Shown here: positions 1 through 7,952 of the stretch, piece by piece
Layout of the letters: each line of letters starts with the position of its first letter
Numbering within the stretch: position 1 is the stretch's first letter
Assembly (NCBI GenBank): GCA_016192205.1
Contig: JACPUP010000068.1
Span: forward strand, 1 to 39,161
DNA: 39,161 bases
Reading direction: 5' to 3'
Source: Candidatus Kerfeldbacteria bacterium
GTDB lineage: Bacteria; Patescibacteriota; Patescibacteriia; SBBC01; JACPUP01
Made by a program: the position numbers and the translations under genes
Notes under the pieces: model-generated
Told to the model about the DNA's origin: nothing
What the model saw: the letters and a program-made list of their open reading frames with translations, nothing else
The model's database searches: none

Positions 1-156
1 CACGTTCGAGAAGGGCGGCTGGTGCGGGCTGGCCCTGGTAATCGGGGTTTCCGCCTTTGTCCCTCGACTGCGTTCGGGACTTCTGCGGACCAGCCGAAGC
101 CTTAGTAGGCGGAGGCTGGCGAGCCCCTGCCCCGGAGTGGTCGTCCCGGAGTTTCG

Positions 157-1701
157 CTACAGCACTTCACCGCCGAACGCGTCGGCAATGCCCTGGACCA
201 CCGCATCGTCGGCGTTCGTTCGCGGCACCACGACGCACTTGACTTTGAGGGGCGTGCTCAACGTCTCGGCCAGCACGCGCTCGAGCGCAGCCCGGTTCTT
301 CACGTCCACCAGCCGTTCCGCGTGGAATGGAAACCGCACGCCGAGGATGAGCGTATCCCCTTTCACGTCTGACGGCGCGACCGACTTGAGCAACAGGGCA
401 ATGCCGTGGTTGACCGACTTCATGGCGGTGATGATCCGAGGCCAGGCCTGTTCGACCGCCGTCAGTTCCACCGACCGCGTGCTCGCAGCGGCTGGCAACG
501 TGACTGCGCTCGATTTCTTCGCTGCCCGCTTCGGCTTTGGCGTTGGTGGGGCTGCCGCGGTGACCCGCGGGGGTGGCGGGGCAGCGCGGTGTTCCGTCGC
601 TCCATTGACCGGAATGGCTTTGAGAATGGCGAGCTCCACTGGCAGCTGCGGCAAGGGCGCGTGTTTCACCTGCCGTTCCAAGTCATGGAACGCCTCCAGA
701 ATCCGGATCAAATCCTCGAGGGTCAGAGACGGCAGAGCGGCCAGCAGTTCCTGCTCCTGTTGAGCGTCGAGCGCAATGAGTCCGCCGCGCTCCAACGCCG
801 GGTTCACTTTGAGGAGCATGAGGCCGCGGACGAACGCGAGGAACGCCGTCAGAAAGTGGGGCAAGGACACGCCTTCTTCCACGATCGTGTTCAGCGTGGT
901 CAAGGCCGCGACCCGGTCGCGACGAACAAACGGATCGAAGAAATCGAGCAACACTTGCACATTCGTCCGCGGCAGCGCTATGGCCGCGACGTCAGCCGTG
1001 ACGCGTTTCTCGCCCAAGGCCAACAACTGCCCTAAGAGCGATTCAGCATCGCGGACCGACCCTTCAGCCCGACGCGCCACGTCGTCGAGCACGTCGTCAT
1101 CCACCTGAACACCCTCGGCGCGAACGATGGTCTGCAACCGTTCCTTGAGTGCGTCCAGGCTGACGCGGTGAAAGTCAAACCGCTGGCAACGGGAGAGAAT
1201 GGTCTCGGGCACCTTGTGGACTTCGGTCGTTGCCAAGATGAACAGTGCGTGGTCCGGCGGCTCTTCCAAGAGTTTGAGGAGCGCGTTGAAGGCGCCGATC
1301 GAAAGCATGTGTACCTCGTCGATGATGAACACCTTGGTCTTGAGGCTGGCCGGTGCCACGCGCGCATTGGCGATGATGTTCTCCCGCACGTGATCAACGC
1401 CCGTCTGTGACGCCGCATCGATCTCAATGAGGTCCAACGCTTGACCATTCAGCATGGCTTGGCACGCCGGACAGGTGTTATCTGGTTCAGCCATGCCGTC
1501 CTTCCGACCAGTGCAGTTGACTGCCCGCGCCAGCAGCCGCGCCACGGTCGTCTTCCCCACCCCGCGCGGGCCCGTGAAGACGTACGCGTGCGCCAATTTT
1601 CCCGACGCAATCTCGTGCGTCAAGGTAACCTGAATGTGTCGCTGCCCGACGAGCTCCTCAAACAACTTCGGGCGGTATTTCCGATACAACGTCACTGCCA
1701 T
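157..1701 (-). CDS. dnaX: DNA polymerase III subunit gamma/tau
   Basis: 514-aa ORF. N-terminal YRPKLFEELVGQ, Walker A GPRGVGKTT, Walker B IIDEVHML, sensor SRCQRF, and a Cys cluster (CTG..CPAC). A Pro/Ala-rich linker precedes the C-terminal domain. Confidence 0.95.
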   Translation of the reverse strand: MAVTLYRKYRPKLFEELVGQRHIQVTLTHEIASGKLAHAYVFTGPRGVGKTTVARLLARAVNCTGRKDGMAEPDNTCPACQAMLNGQALDLIEIDAASQTGVDHVRENIIANARVAPASLKTKVFIIDEVHMLSIGAFNALLKLLEEPPDHALFILATTEVHKVPETILSRCQRFDFHRVSLDALKERLQTIVRAEGVQVDDDVLDDVARRAEGSVRDAESLLGQLLALGEKRVTADVAAIALPRTNVQVLLDFFDPFVRRDRVAALTTLNTIVEEGVSLPHFLTAFLAFVRGLMLLKVNPALERGGLIALDAQQEQELLAALPSLTLEDLIRILEAFHDLERQVKHAPLPQLPVELAILKAIPVNGATEHRAAPPPPRVTAAAPPTPKPKRAAKKSSAVTLPAAASTRSVELTAVEQAWPRIITAMKSVNHGIALLLKSVAPSDVKGDTLILGVRFPFHAERLVDVKNRAALERVLAETLSTPLKVKCVVVPRTNADDAVVQGIADAFGGEVL

Positions 1702-1710
1702 GGCGGGGGC

Positions 1711-1739
1711 ATTGTAGCGCAGGGACGGGCGTGAATCAA
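1711..1739 (-). promoter_or_regulatory. sigma70-like promoter for dnaX (TTGATT-17 nt-TACAAT)
   Basis: Read on the minus strand: -35 TTGATT (1739-1734), 17-nt spacer, -10 TACAAT (1716-1711). Only 9 nt separate the -10 box from the dnaX ATG (1701), which implies a leaderless or near-leaderless mRNA. Confidence 0.5.
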
Positions 1740-1813
1740 GAATCGCGAATAAAGAATCATGGATAAGGCAAGGACGCAGACAACCATCCCGTGATTCGCG
1801 ATTCTCTACTCAC
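1731..1813. repeat. GAATC-unit imperfect inverted repeat (family copy 1)
   Basis: Left-arm segment GAATCGCGAAT (1740-1750) is perfectly complementary to ATTCGCGATTC (1794-1804). There is extra pairing GGAT/ATCC around a loop of about 21 nt. Same architecture as the copies at 14646-14723 and 17245-17329. It lies directly after the stop of the 1830-2408 ORF. Confidence 0.5.
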
Positions 1814-1829
1814 CATTCGCCCGCTCGTC

Positions 1830-2408
1830 CTACTCGCTCGCCGACGCCTCTGGCATCGCCATGCCAGTGCCACCCTTAATCACGTTCTCCACCGCCCCCC
1901 ACTTGCTCTCACTCTCTTTCGGTACGAGCACGACCACTTCGTCGCCCACCTCACCCTTGAAGTACGTAATGGACGCCAGGAGCACACGGTAACTCTTGCC
2001 GCCAGCCAGGACGCGGTACTCGTCGGTCAACTCGTCCTTGACGAGCGTGCCAATGAGCCGCTGCCGGTCCACTGGGCCAATCTGTTTGTAGACAAACGCG
2101 CCGTCCACGGAAATGGTCAGCTTCAAACGATCACCCTCGACGAGCTTTGACTTGGACGCGTAGTTCGCCGGGACCGAGTAGCGTTTACCGTCTGGCCCCA
2201 CCATGTTCTGGCCGTCGAAGACGCCTTCGATGACCTTGGCGCCATCCACGCTACTCTCGCTGCCGGCCTCGCGCGCTTTGTCGGTCAGCGTGATCGGCGG
2301 ACGTTCCCCGAGCAAATCACGGACAAGTTCGCGCGCCTCATTCAGGCTCGTCTGGGCAGCTTCGATGTACTGTTTGATGACGTCAATCTTGTTGTTGGAC
2401 GAGGGCAT
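1830..2408 (-). CDS. hypothetical protein (192 aa)
   Basis: Clean ORF with a strong RBS (AGGAGG 8 nt before the ATG) and its own consensus-like promoter. No family recognised by eye. Confidence 0.7.
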   Translation of the reverse strand: MPSSNNKIDVIKQYIEAAQTSLNEARELVRDLLGERPPITLTDKAREAGSESSVDGAKVIEGVFDGQNMVGPDGKRYSVPANYASKSKLVEGDRLKLTISVDGAFVYKQIGPVDRQRLIGTLVKDELTDEYRVLAGGKSYRVLLASITYFKGEVGDEVVVLVPKESESKWGAVENVIKGGTGMAMPEASASE

Positions 2409-2475
2409 TTGTGTTACCTCCTGCCACGCAGTGTCGTTTCCGTTCAGGTTTATTTACTTTTGGGTGACGGTGTGG

Positions 2476-2504
2476 ATTGTACCCTGAACCGGTCCGGCCG
2501 TCAA
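2476..2504 (-). promoter_or_regulatory. sigma70-like promoter (TTGACG-17 nt-TACAAT) for the 192-aa ORF
   Basis: Minus strand: -35 TTGACG (2504-2499, overlapping the methyltransferase stop codon), 17-nt spacer, -10 TACAAT (2481-2476). The leader of about 60 nt ends in AGGAGG. Confidence 0.55.
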
Positions 2505-3025
2505 ACACGGTACAAAAACACGCGGGTCGACGTCGGCGTCGGACGATCGACCACGGTCGGCGACCAGTCGGGGATGGCGAACGCATACGAGACGATGCGA
2601 CTACCAGGCTTCAGCTCGCGGTGCAGCTTGCCGGCGAGCTTGCGCATGGCGCGCGGGGTCAAGAACGCCGTGACAACATCCGCTGATGAGAGGTCAGCGT
2701 GGTAGAAATCGCGGTACCGAACCTCGGCCTGCCCACGCCGGAGCTCGCGCCAGAGGATGAGCCGCGAGATGAAGTACGGTACCAGTGCCAGTTCAAATCC
2801 CAGCCCGCGGCCGCCGAACTGCCTGACCGCGGTGCGGAGGAATCTCCCGTCGCCCGATCCGAGGTCAACGACGAGTTCACCCGGCTGCACGTTGGCCGCA
2901 CGCAGCATTCGCTCCACGTCCTGCTGCCGCGTCGGAACCCAGGGTGCGGCCTTGTACGCCCCCAACGCCAGCGTACCAAAGATACCAATGAGCAGCAGCA
3001 AGAAGAAAAAGAAAAACACGGTCAC
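2501..3025 (-). CDS. membrane-anchored class I SAM-dependent methyltransferase
   Basis: SAM motif I VVDLGSGDGR. N-terminal hydrophobic helix FFFFFLLLLIGIFGTLALGAY followed by PWVPT. The track ORF extends to 3091 but would overlap the upstream gene, so a GTG at 3025 (or 3019), just after the upstream stop (3042), is the likelier start. Confidence 0.8.
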   Translation of the reverse strand: MTVFFFFFLLLLIGIFGTLALGAYKAAPWVPTRQQDVERMLRAANVQPGELVVDLGSGDGRFLRTAVRQFGGRGLGFELALVPYFISRLILWRELRRGQAEVRYRDFYHADLSSADVVTAFLTPRAMRKLAGKLHRELKPGSRIVSYAFAIPDWSPTVVDRPTPTSTRVFLYRV

Positions 3026-3041
3026 GCCCCTCTGCGCCTCC

Positions 3042-6000
3042 TCACTGCCGCGGCTCAAGACTCGGCGGCTGGGCTGCACCGCTGACGCCACCCAGCTGAC
3101 TGCGTTCGAGAATGTCAGCCTCGACCTCGGCTCGATCTCGCCCGTATTTGAGGTGCGAGAGCTCGCGAATCGCCCGGGCCACCTCGCTGCTCGTCGGCGA
3201 CGGCGGGAATGTCTGGAGATGGAAAGCCTTGCCCACCGAGTTGTTGATGAGCAACTTCACGTAGGCGTTAAACCGTTCCTGGTTGACCAAGTCGTAGGCG
3301 TCGAACACCGGCGCAAACTCCTTGGCCAATACCTCCGCGTCTTCGACGCCAATCCTGAAGGCGATCTTCGTGCCCACGTTCCCGAGCACTGCATCGCGGA
3401 CTTTGGTGTCACCGCCCGGTGAGAGCTGCCCCATGTACTGGTGGGCCATGGTGAGGTTCAGCCGGTACTTCCGCGCTTCGGACAGGATGGTGGCAATGGA
3501 GTCCGTGATGAAGTTTTGGAACTCGTCAATGTAGAGGTAGAAGTCTTTGCGCTCGGCTTCGGGCTGGCTGGCGCGCGCCAACGCCGCCATCTGGAGCTTC
3601 GACACGATGATGAGCCCGAGCAACGATGCGTTCACCTCGCCGACCTTCCCCTTCGACAGGTTTACCAGGAGAATTTTTTCTTTGTCCATGACCTCGCGGA
3701 AATCAAACCCCGAGCGCGGCTGGCCAATGATGTTCCGCATCATCGCGTTCTCGACGAACCGACCAACTTTAGAAATGAGGTAGCCGAGCATTTCGGATTT
3801 GTGGAAGTCCGAGGTCTTGGCCATCTCCTTTTCCCAGAACGCGCGCACGATCGGGTCGGTCACCTTGGCGAGCTTGTACCGCTGGAACGCCTTGTCCGTG
3901 AAAATGCGCGGGACGTCCGTGATGGTGCCGGGGTACTCACGATCCTCCATGAGCGTCAGCATGGCGTTGCGCATATTGTGCTCGAACATCGGGCCGATCA
4001 TCTCCGGCGGGAACAGCTTGTAGAAAATGGCAATCATCTCCTGCACGGCAAAGTCGCGTTCCTCTGGGGTATCGGCCTCGAGCATATTGAGACCGAGAGG
4101 ACGGACGGTATCCGACGGATCGAACAGGATGACGTCCTCGGCGCGCTCTTTCGGCACCGCGCCGATGACCGCGTCCACGAGCGAGCCGTGCGGATCCACC
4201 ACGCACACGCCACGGCCTTCGCGGATGTCTTGCTTGGCCATTTCCTCCATGAGCACAGACTTCCCCACGCCAGTCATGCCGATGATGTAGACGTGGCGGC
4301 GGCGGTCGTCGGGCGCGATGCGGATGGTGGTGTCGACGCCGCGGTAGCGGTTCAAGCCCAGCACCAACCCCGCCGTTGGTACGTTGACGGGCGCTGGTGC
4401 CTTGCGCGCAGCCAGCCACAGGATGTTTGGCGTTTCCGTGGTCGGCAGCGGCAGGTGGTAGACGCTCGTTAATTCTTCGGAATTGAGGACAAAGCGCATG
4501 CCTTCGTGAAAATGCCGGAAAATAAAATCATGCACGAACCGCGCTTTGTGCAAGGTCGGCTTTTTCTGAAATCCCGTATTCGACTCTTGGGAGGTGTACT
4601 GGGAAAACGCATTCACGACATTCATGAGCGTTGACCGCGCCTGCTCCTGGGTCGGCGCCGACACCACCACGCGGAGGTTCACATCGAACCCGTACTTACT
4701 CGCCTTCTCTTCGAGCGACTTCACGAGCTCCTGGTCCATGGGCGTGAGCGACGGCGGCACTTGCGTTTTCTTGAGCTCCTCTTCTTGGGACTTCGTTTTG
4801 AAGCTGGAGAAGATGGAACCGCTGACCTTGCCCACGGCTGACCAACCACCTCCTCCGACTGCCGCCATGGCCTCGTTGAAATTCTTGCCGTGCTGGACGA
4901 GCCGGGCCACGCGCTGGCCAGCTGCCCGCCAGCCCTTGCGCGCCGGCCGGATGACGTACTGAATGGCCACGCCTTCTTCCGGACCGAGTTTCGACAAGGT
5001 GTTCGTCACGGCATTGAGCGGGTCGGCGTCGAGTTTTCGGTACGTGCGAATCTGGAACATCGAACGGCGCGACAGCCCAAGGTACGTTCCGACAATCTTC
5101 CCCTGCGGCGAAAAAATGTTGTAATCCTCCACTTCCTCAATGTGCGCCTTGTCGTACTGGGCGTGGACTTGCTGTTCCACCAGACGCTGGAGGTGCCGCG
5201 GAACTGCGAGATAGAACACGATCAACCCTTTCTGGGAGACGATCTCGAGCGAGAGTTGGTCATTCCGGCCATGCCAAAAGTTCAGCCAACTCGTGTGGAG
5301 CACATTGCGGCCCTGCTCGGGACGGATGTTGCCTAGGTTCAAGTAGAGCGTTTCGGCAGCTGCCAAGAGCTCTTTCGGGTCAGGCGCGGGCTGGCCTTCT
5401 TTCGTTCCCGCTTCTTTGGGCACGAGCACGCGGAGGATGACGAGCTGGAGCGACAAGGGCAGCTTGTTCGATCGGCGCAAGCCCAGGCGGATGAGTGCGA
5501 TGACGGCGACCGCGACACCGATGGCGAGCACCCCCAGCAGAATGAGCTGCACGATGGGCTGCTCGAGCAACCCGTCCGCTCCATCCGACGCGCTGGCCGA
5601 CGGCCCAACCGACAACCCCAACTGGAGCACAGCGTGCAATCGCTGGCCCCGCTTCTTTTGCGCTAGGGCGATAACCTGGTCAGCTTTGATCTTGGCTTCT
5701 TGCTCGAGGAAGAACCGGTTGACGCCCGGGATGAGCTTGAGCCAGCCGCGGATGAGGTTCAAAATGGATTTCGTCTTGAGCTTGACCTGTTCGATGAGCC
5801 GGCCAATGCGCGTGGCCACCTCTTCGCCCTCGCGACGAAACCGCTCTTGGTCCTCGGGCGACAGCCGCACGTACACGTCCTGCAAATCCTCGGCCAAGAT
5901 GTGCTCGATTTCAAGCACAAGTGAACTCTTTGCTCCAGGCGGTACCGGCGACAGTGGGGTGGGGACCGGCGCTGGTGCCGGACGCTCGGCCGGCGCTGGC

Positions 6001-6119
6001 TGGGCCTGCCCTGGCCGTTGCTCTGGCTGCTCTGACGCAGGAAAATGCTCGGGCTGCTCACCTGGCTGCTCGCGTCTCGGCTGGATCGGTGGTCCCTCTG
6101 GAATGCTTGGCTTTTCCAT
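3042..6119 (-). CDS. large membrane-anchored P-loop ATPase resembling type IV coupling proteins (TraD/TraG/VirD4-like)
   Basis: 1025-aa ORF. Pro/Gln/Glu-rich N-terminus, then a TM segment (IVQLILLGVLAIGVAVAVIALI). The C-terminal half has Walker A IIGMTGVGKS, Walker B FYLYIDEFQNF and MAHQY..Q motifs typical of coupling-protein / HerA-FtsK-like ATPases. Confidence 0.8.
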   Translation of the reverse strand: MEKPSIPEGPPIQPRREQPGEQPEHFPASEQPEQRPGQAQPAPAERPAPAPVPTPLSPVPPGAKSSLVLEIEHILAEDLQDVYVRLSPEDQERFRREGEEVATRIGRLIEQVKLKTKSILNLIRGWLKLIPGVNRFFLEQEAKIKADQVIALAQKKRGQRLHAVLQLGLSVGPSASASDGADGLLEQPIVQLILLGVLAIGVAVAVIALIRLGLRRSNKLPLSLQLVILRVLVPKEAGTKEGQPAPDPKELLAAAETLYLNLGNIRPEQGRNVLHTSWLNFWHGRNDQLSLEIVSQKGLIVFYLAVPRHLQRLVEQQVHAQYDKAHIEEVEDYNIFSPQGKIVGTYLGLSRRSMFQIRTYRKLDADPLNAVTNTLSKLGPEEGVAIQYVIRPARKGWRAAGQRVARLVQHGKNFNEAMAAVGGGGWSAVGKVSGSIFSSFKTKSQEEELKKTQVPPSLTPMDQELVKSLEEKASKYGFDVNLRVVVSAPTQEQARSTLMNVVNAFSQYTSQESNTGFQKKPTLHKARFVHDFIFRHFHEGMRFVLNSEELTSVYHLPLPTTETPNILWLAARKAPAPVNVPTAGLVLGLNRYRGVDTTIRIAPDDRRRHVYIIGMTGVGKSVLMEEMAKQDIREGRGVCVVDPHGSLVDAVIGAVPKERAEDVILFDPSDTVRPLGLNMLEADTPEERDFAVQEMIAIFYKLFPPEMIGPMFEHNMRNAMLTLMEDREYPGTITDVPRIFTDKAFQRYKLAKVTDPIVRAFWEKEMAKTSDFHKSEMLGYLISKVGRFVENAMMRNIIGQPRSGFDFREVMDKEKILLVNLSKGKVGEVNASLLGLIIVSKLQMAALARASQPEAERKDFYLYIDEFQNFITDSIATILSEARKYRLNLTMAHQYMGQLSPGGDTKVRDAVLGNVGTKIAFRIGVEDAEVLAKEFAPVFDAYDLVNQERFNAYVKLLINNSVGKAFHLQTFPPSPTSSEVARAIRELSHLKYGRDRAEVEADILERSQLGGVSGAAQPPSLEPRQ

Positions 6120-6131
6120 TTTGGTACACCC

Positions 6132-6160
6132 AGTATACCAAAAAATGGCCGGCTTTTCAA
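6132..6160 (-). promoter_or_regulatory. sigma70-like promoter (TTGAAA-17 nt-TGgTATACT) for the coupling-protein-like gene
   Basis: Minus strand: -35 TTGAAA (6160-6155), 17-nt spacer, extended -10 TGg TATACT (6137-6132). 12 nt lie between the -10 box and the ATG at 6119. Confidence 0.55.
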
Positions 6161-6188
6161 TGGAGCGGCACGCTCTCGGACTTAGGTC

Positions 6189-6217
6189 TTGACTTTATTT
6201 TCAGGGTGTGATAGGGT
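6189..6217 (+). promoter_or_regulatory. candidate promoter (TTGACT-17 nt-TAGGGT)
   Basis: -35 TTGACT 6189-6194, 17-nt spacer, -10 TAGGGT 6212-6217. Divergent from the promoter at 6132-6160. Confidence 0.45.
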
Positions 6218-6285
6218 GTTCTGTTCGTCGCGTAAATGTCAGGTTTTATGCGGCCCGCCAGGTCGCAAAAGAACTGGAGAATGTC

Positions 6286-6702
6286 ATGAGAAGAATCGCC
6301 CTTTCCATCATCGCACTCCTCGTGCTCCTGCCCGCCTGCGCCTGCCGGGTCGTCGATATCGTCGGCTACGCGCTCCCCATCGAGCGCACGTTCGGCGACC
6401 TGTACGTCTACAACAAGGATGGGATTCCCATCCGCGTCGTAGTCGACAGAGCCGATCGCGATCCCCAGATGAGGGACGTGGCCGTGGTGCTCAACCCCGG
6501 GCACGAAACGTCCTTCCCCTTCTCGCTGGGCGAGCACGTCGTCCACAGCCAGTGGCAGCGGTACGACGGCAAGTGGATCGGGATCGGGTCGGCGCGCTTC
6601 ACCATCGAAGCGACCGACAGAAACGGCGACGGCACGGTGGATTCGCGGGACGACCCTTGCTACTCGGTCGCCCGCGGCGAGGGGTTCCGCCCATGCCACT
6701 GA
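6286..6702 (+). CDS. small secreted protein / possible lipoprotein
   Basis: The internal ATG at 6286 is preceded by GGAGA with a 5-nt spacer. Signal-like N-terminus MRRIALSIIALLVLLPAC with a Cys after the hydrophobic core. The track ORF starts at 6208, but that upstream part has no RBS. Confidence 0.7.
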   Translation: MRRIALSIIALLVLLPACACRVVDIVGYALPIERTFGDLYVYNKDGIPIRVVVDRADRDPQMRDVAVVLNPGHETSFPFSLGEHVVHSQWQRYDGKWIGIGSARFTIEATDRNGDGTVDSRDDPCYSVARGEGFRPCH

Positions 6703-6751
6703 CGAGCGAGGACCTCTTTCTCCACGAACGGAGGAAGACCGCACCCATCCG

Positions 6752-6797
6752 AGGGCCCAATCGAAACGGAAATTCGATTGCGGCCCTCAACTTTTAT
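6752..6797 (+). terminator. rho-independent terminator
   Basis: Stem GGGCCCAATCGAA (6752-6764) pairs with TTCGATTGCGGCCC (6772-6785), followed by the T-rich TCAACTTTTATT. Confidence 0.6.
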
Positions 6798-6806
6798 TCC
6801 GCACAC

Positions 6807-6835
6807 TTGCAAAACGTCTCGTCGTGTGCTATACT
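6807..6835 (+). promoter_or_regulatory. sigma70-like promoter (TTGCAA-17 nt-TGcTATACT)
   Basis: -35 TTGCAA 6807-6812, 17-nt spacer, extended -10 TGc TATACT 6830-6835. Lies in an AT-rich stretch upstream of ORF 6871. Confidence 0.6.
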
Positions 6836-6870
6836 AATGAGCGAAAAGAATCATCAAAACAAAAATCGCG

Positions 6871-7746
6871 ATGAAATCATCGGAAAATGTAATGGCCGTT
6901 GCGCCGTGGCTCACGTTTCCTGAAGCCACGCTTTTGACCGCGCGCGCACTCAAACGCGTCATCCCGCAGTTGGCCGGTGCGGACGAGTACCAGGTGGCCT
7001 CACAAACCTTGCGGCCCACTCTTGTGAAGCGTACCGGCTACACGTTTATCACAGCGGTTGCTCCGCGCTACAATCGTGCGACCTGCGATCTCTCGACCAC
7101 AGGCGTTTTCGTATTCGCCACGCCTCAATCCGTCGTCGCGGTCTACCACCGGTTCCCCGTGCGGCCGGAAGATGACGCTGCGCTCCAAGCACTCGGGCCG
7201 TCAGCCACACCGCCTGCCAAACTCGGGGCACTCATGGAGCAACTCCTCCGTTGCTACCAACGGACACTGGCAGCCATCGCCGCCCAAGCCACACACGCAG
7301 AGCGTGGCGAGGGGACGTCCGCGCGGGAACGGATGCTCGTGGGCCGGAACGTGGGCGAGTTCCACGCCCTCCTGCAAGCGACCCTGAAACCGCTTTCGAA
7401 GCTTGGGGCCGACCCGGCGCTCATCTCAACCGACCGCGCCGCCAGCCTTCGCCTCATGCGCGACGCCATCACCACGCGCTGGCACGACCTACGGCGCGAG
7501 GTGGGCAGGCGCCACGGTCGCCCGGCTTCCGCCACCCTCCCCGAGCCGCTGCAGCGGTCGCTCAACCGCTACCTGGCCGTGGGCGGCGTGGTCGTCGCGT
7601 TCGTCCTGGCCGCCACCACCTTCGGCTTCGGCTCGCGGCACCGTCCCTTACTCGAACAACCCTTCCTCTTCTGGTTCATTGGCACCACGCTGGTCTTTGC
7701 CGTCCTCGGTGTGCTAGAATTCCTGCGGAGGAAGCAACTCCTCTAG
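6871..7746 (+). CDS. hypothetical protein with two C-terminal TM helices
   Basis: 291-aa ORF (alternative start at M8, 6892). Soluble N-terminal region of about 225 aa, then LAVGGVVVAFVLAATTFGFG and FLFWFIGTTLVFAVLGVLEFL. No family recognised. Confidence 0.7.
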   Translation: MKSSENVMAVAPWLTFPEATLLTARALKRVIPQLAGADEYQVASQTLRPTLVKRTGYTFITAVAPRYNRATCDLSTTGVFVFATPQSVVAVYHRFPVRPEDDAALQALGPSATPPAKLGALMEQLLRCYQRTLAAIAAQATHAERGEGTSARERMLVGRNVGEFHALLQATLKPLSKLGADPALISTDRAASLRLMRDAITTRWHDLRREVGRRHGRPASATLPEPLQRSLNRYLAVGGVVVAFVLAATTFGFGSRHRPLLEQPFLFWFIGTTLVFAVLGVLEFLRRKQLL

Positions 7747-7750
7747 CCCT

Positions 7751-7942
7751 ATGACCCAGGTCGCCACCGAAACGAAAACGCAGCTTGCCACCCACCAGCG
7801 CGTTGCCGTCTCCTTCATTCTTGGCACCGCGACCATGGTCTTGGTCTCGGTCATCGTCGCCGCCATCATCACGTTGACCATCAACCAGTCCGCGACCACC
7901 ACCAGCTTCCCCGTCGAGGGCGACCGGACCTTCGAAACCTAA
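7751..7942 (+). CDS. small single-pass membrane protein (63 aa)
   Basis: ORF starts 4 nt after the upstream stop. Central TM segment [25 protein letters not shown]. It sits tightly between two co-directional genes. Confidence 0.55.
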   Translation: MTQVATETKTQLATHQRVAVSFILGTATMVLVSVIVAAIITLTINQSATTTSFPVEGDRTFET

Positions 7943-7952
7943 GGAGGCGGCT

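Noticed and set aside
1-156. Possible gene fragment at the left edge downstream of dnaX
   Set aside because: There is no convincing start codon, RBS or motif on either strand within the 156 nt available. It is too short to call.
157-1701. Programmed ribosomal frameshift site in dnaX (A AAA AAG type)
   Set aside because: I saw no A-rich slippery heptamer on the coding strand of this dnaX.
137-1734. Plus-strand track ORFs (137-763, 406-1035, 776-1108, 1441-1734 and others) overlapping dnaX
   Set aside because: They lie antisense to, or out of frame with, a confidently identified dnaX. They are Arg/Ala/Ser/Pro-rich, as expected for shadow frames in GC-rich DNA, and have no RBS or recognisable motifs.
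3441-4472. 343-aa plus-strand ORF, plus other long antisense ORFs: 8948-9940 (-), 17847-19160 (+), 22368-23285 (+), 25504-26412 (+), 28244-28969 (+), 31183-32106 (+), 32634-33332 (+) and 37104-38144 (-)
   Set aside because: Each is fully contained in the opposite strand of a gene with unambiguous family motifs (coupling-protein-like ATPase, cysS, dnaK, GT4, fba, scpA, asnS, membrane protein, dnaB). Their composition is typical of GC-rich shadow ORFs.
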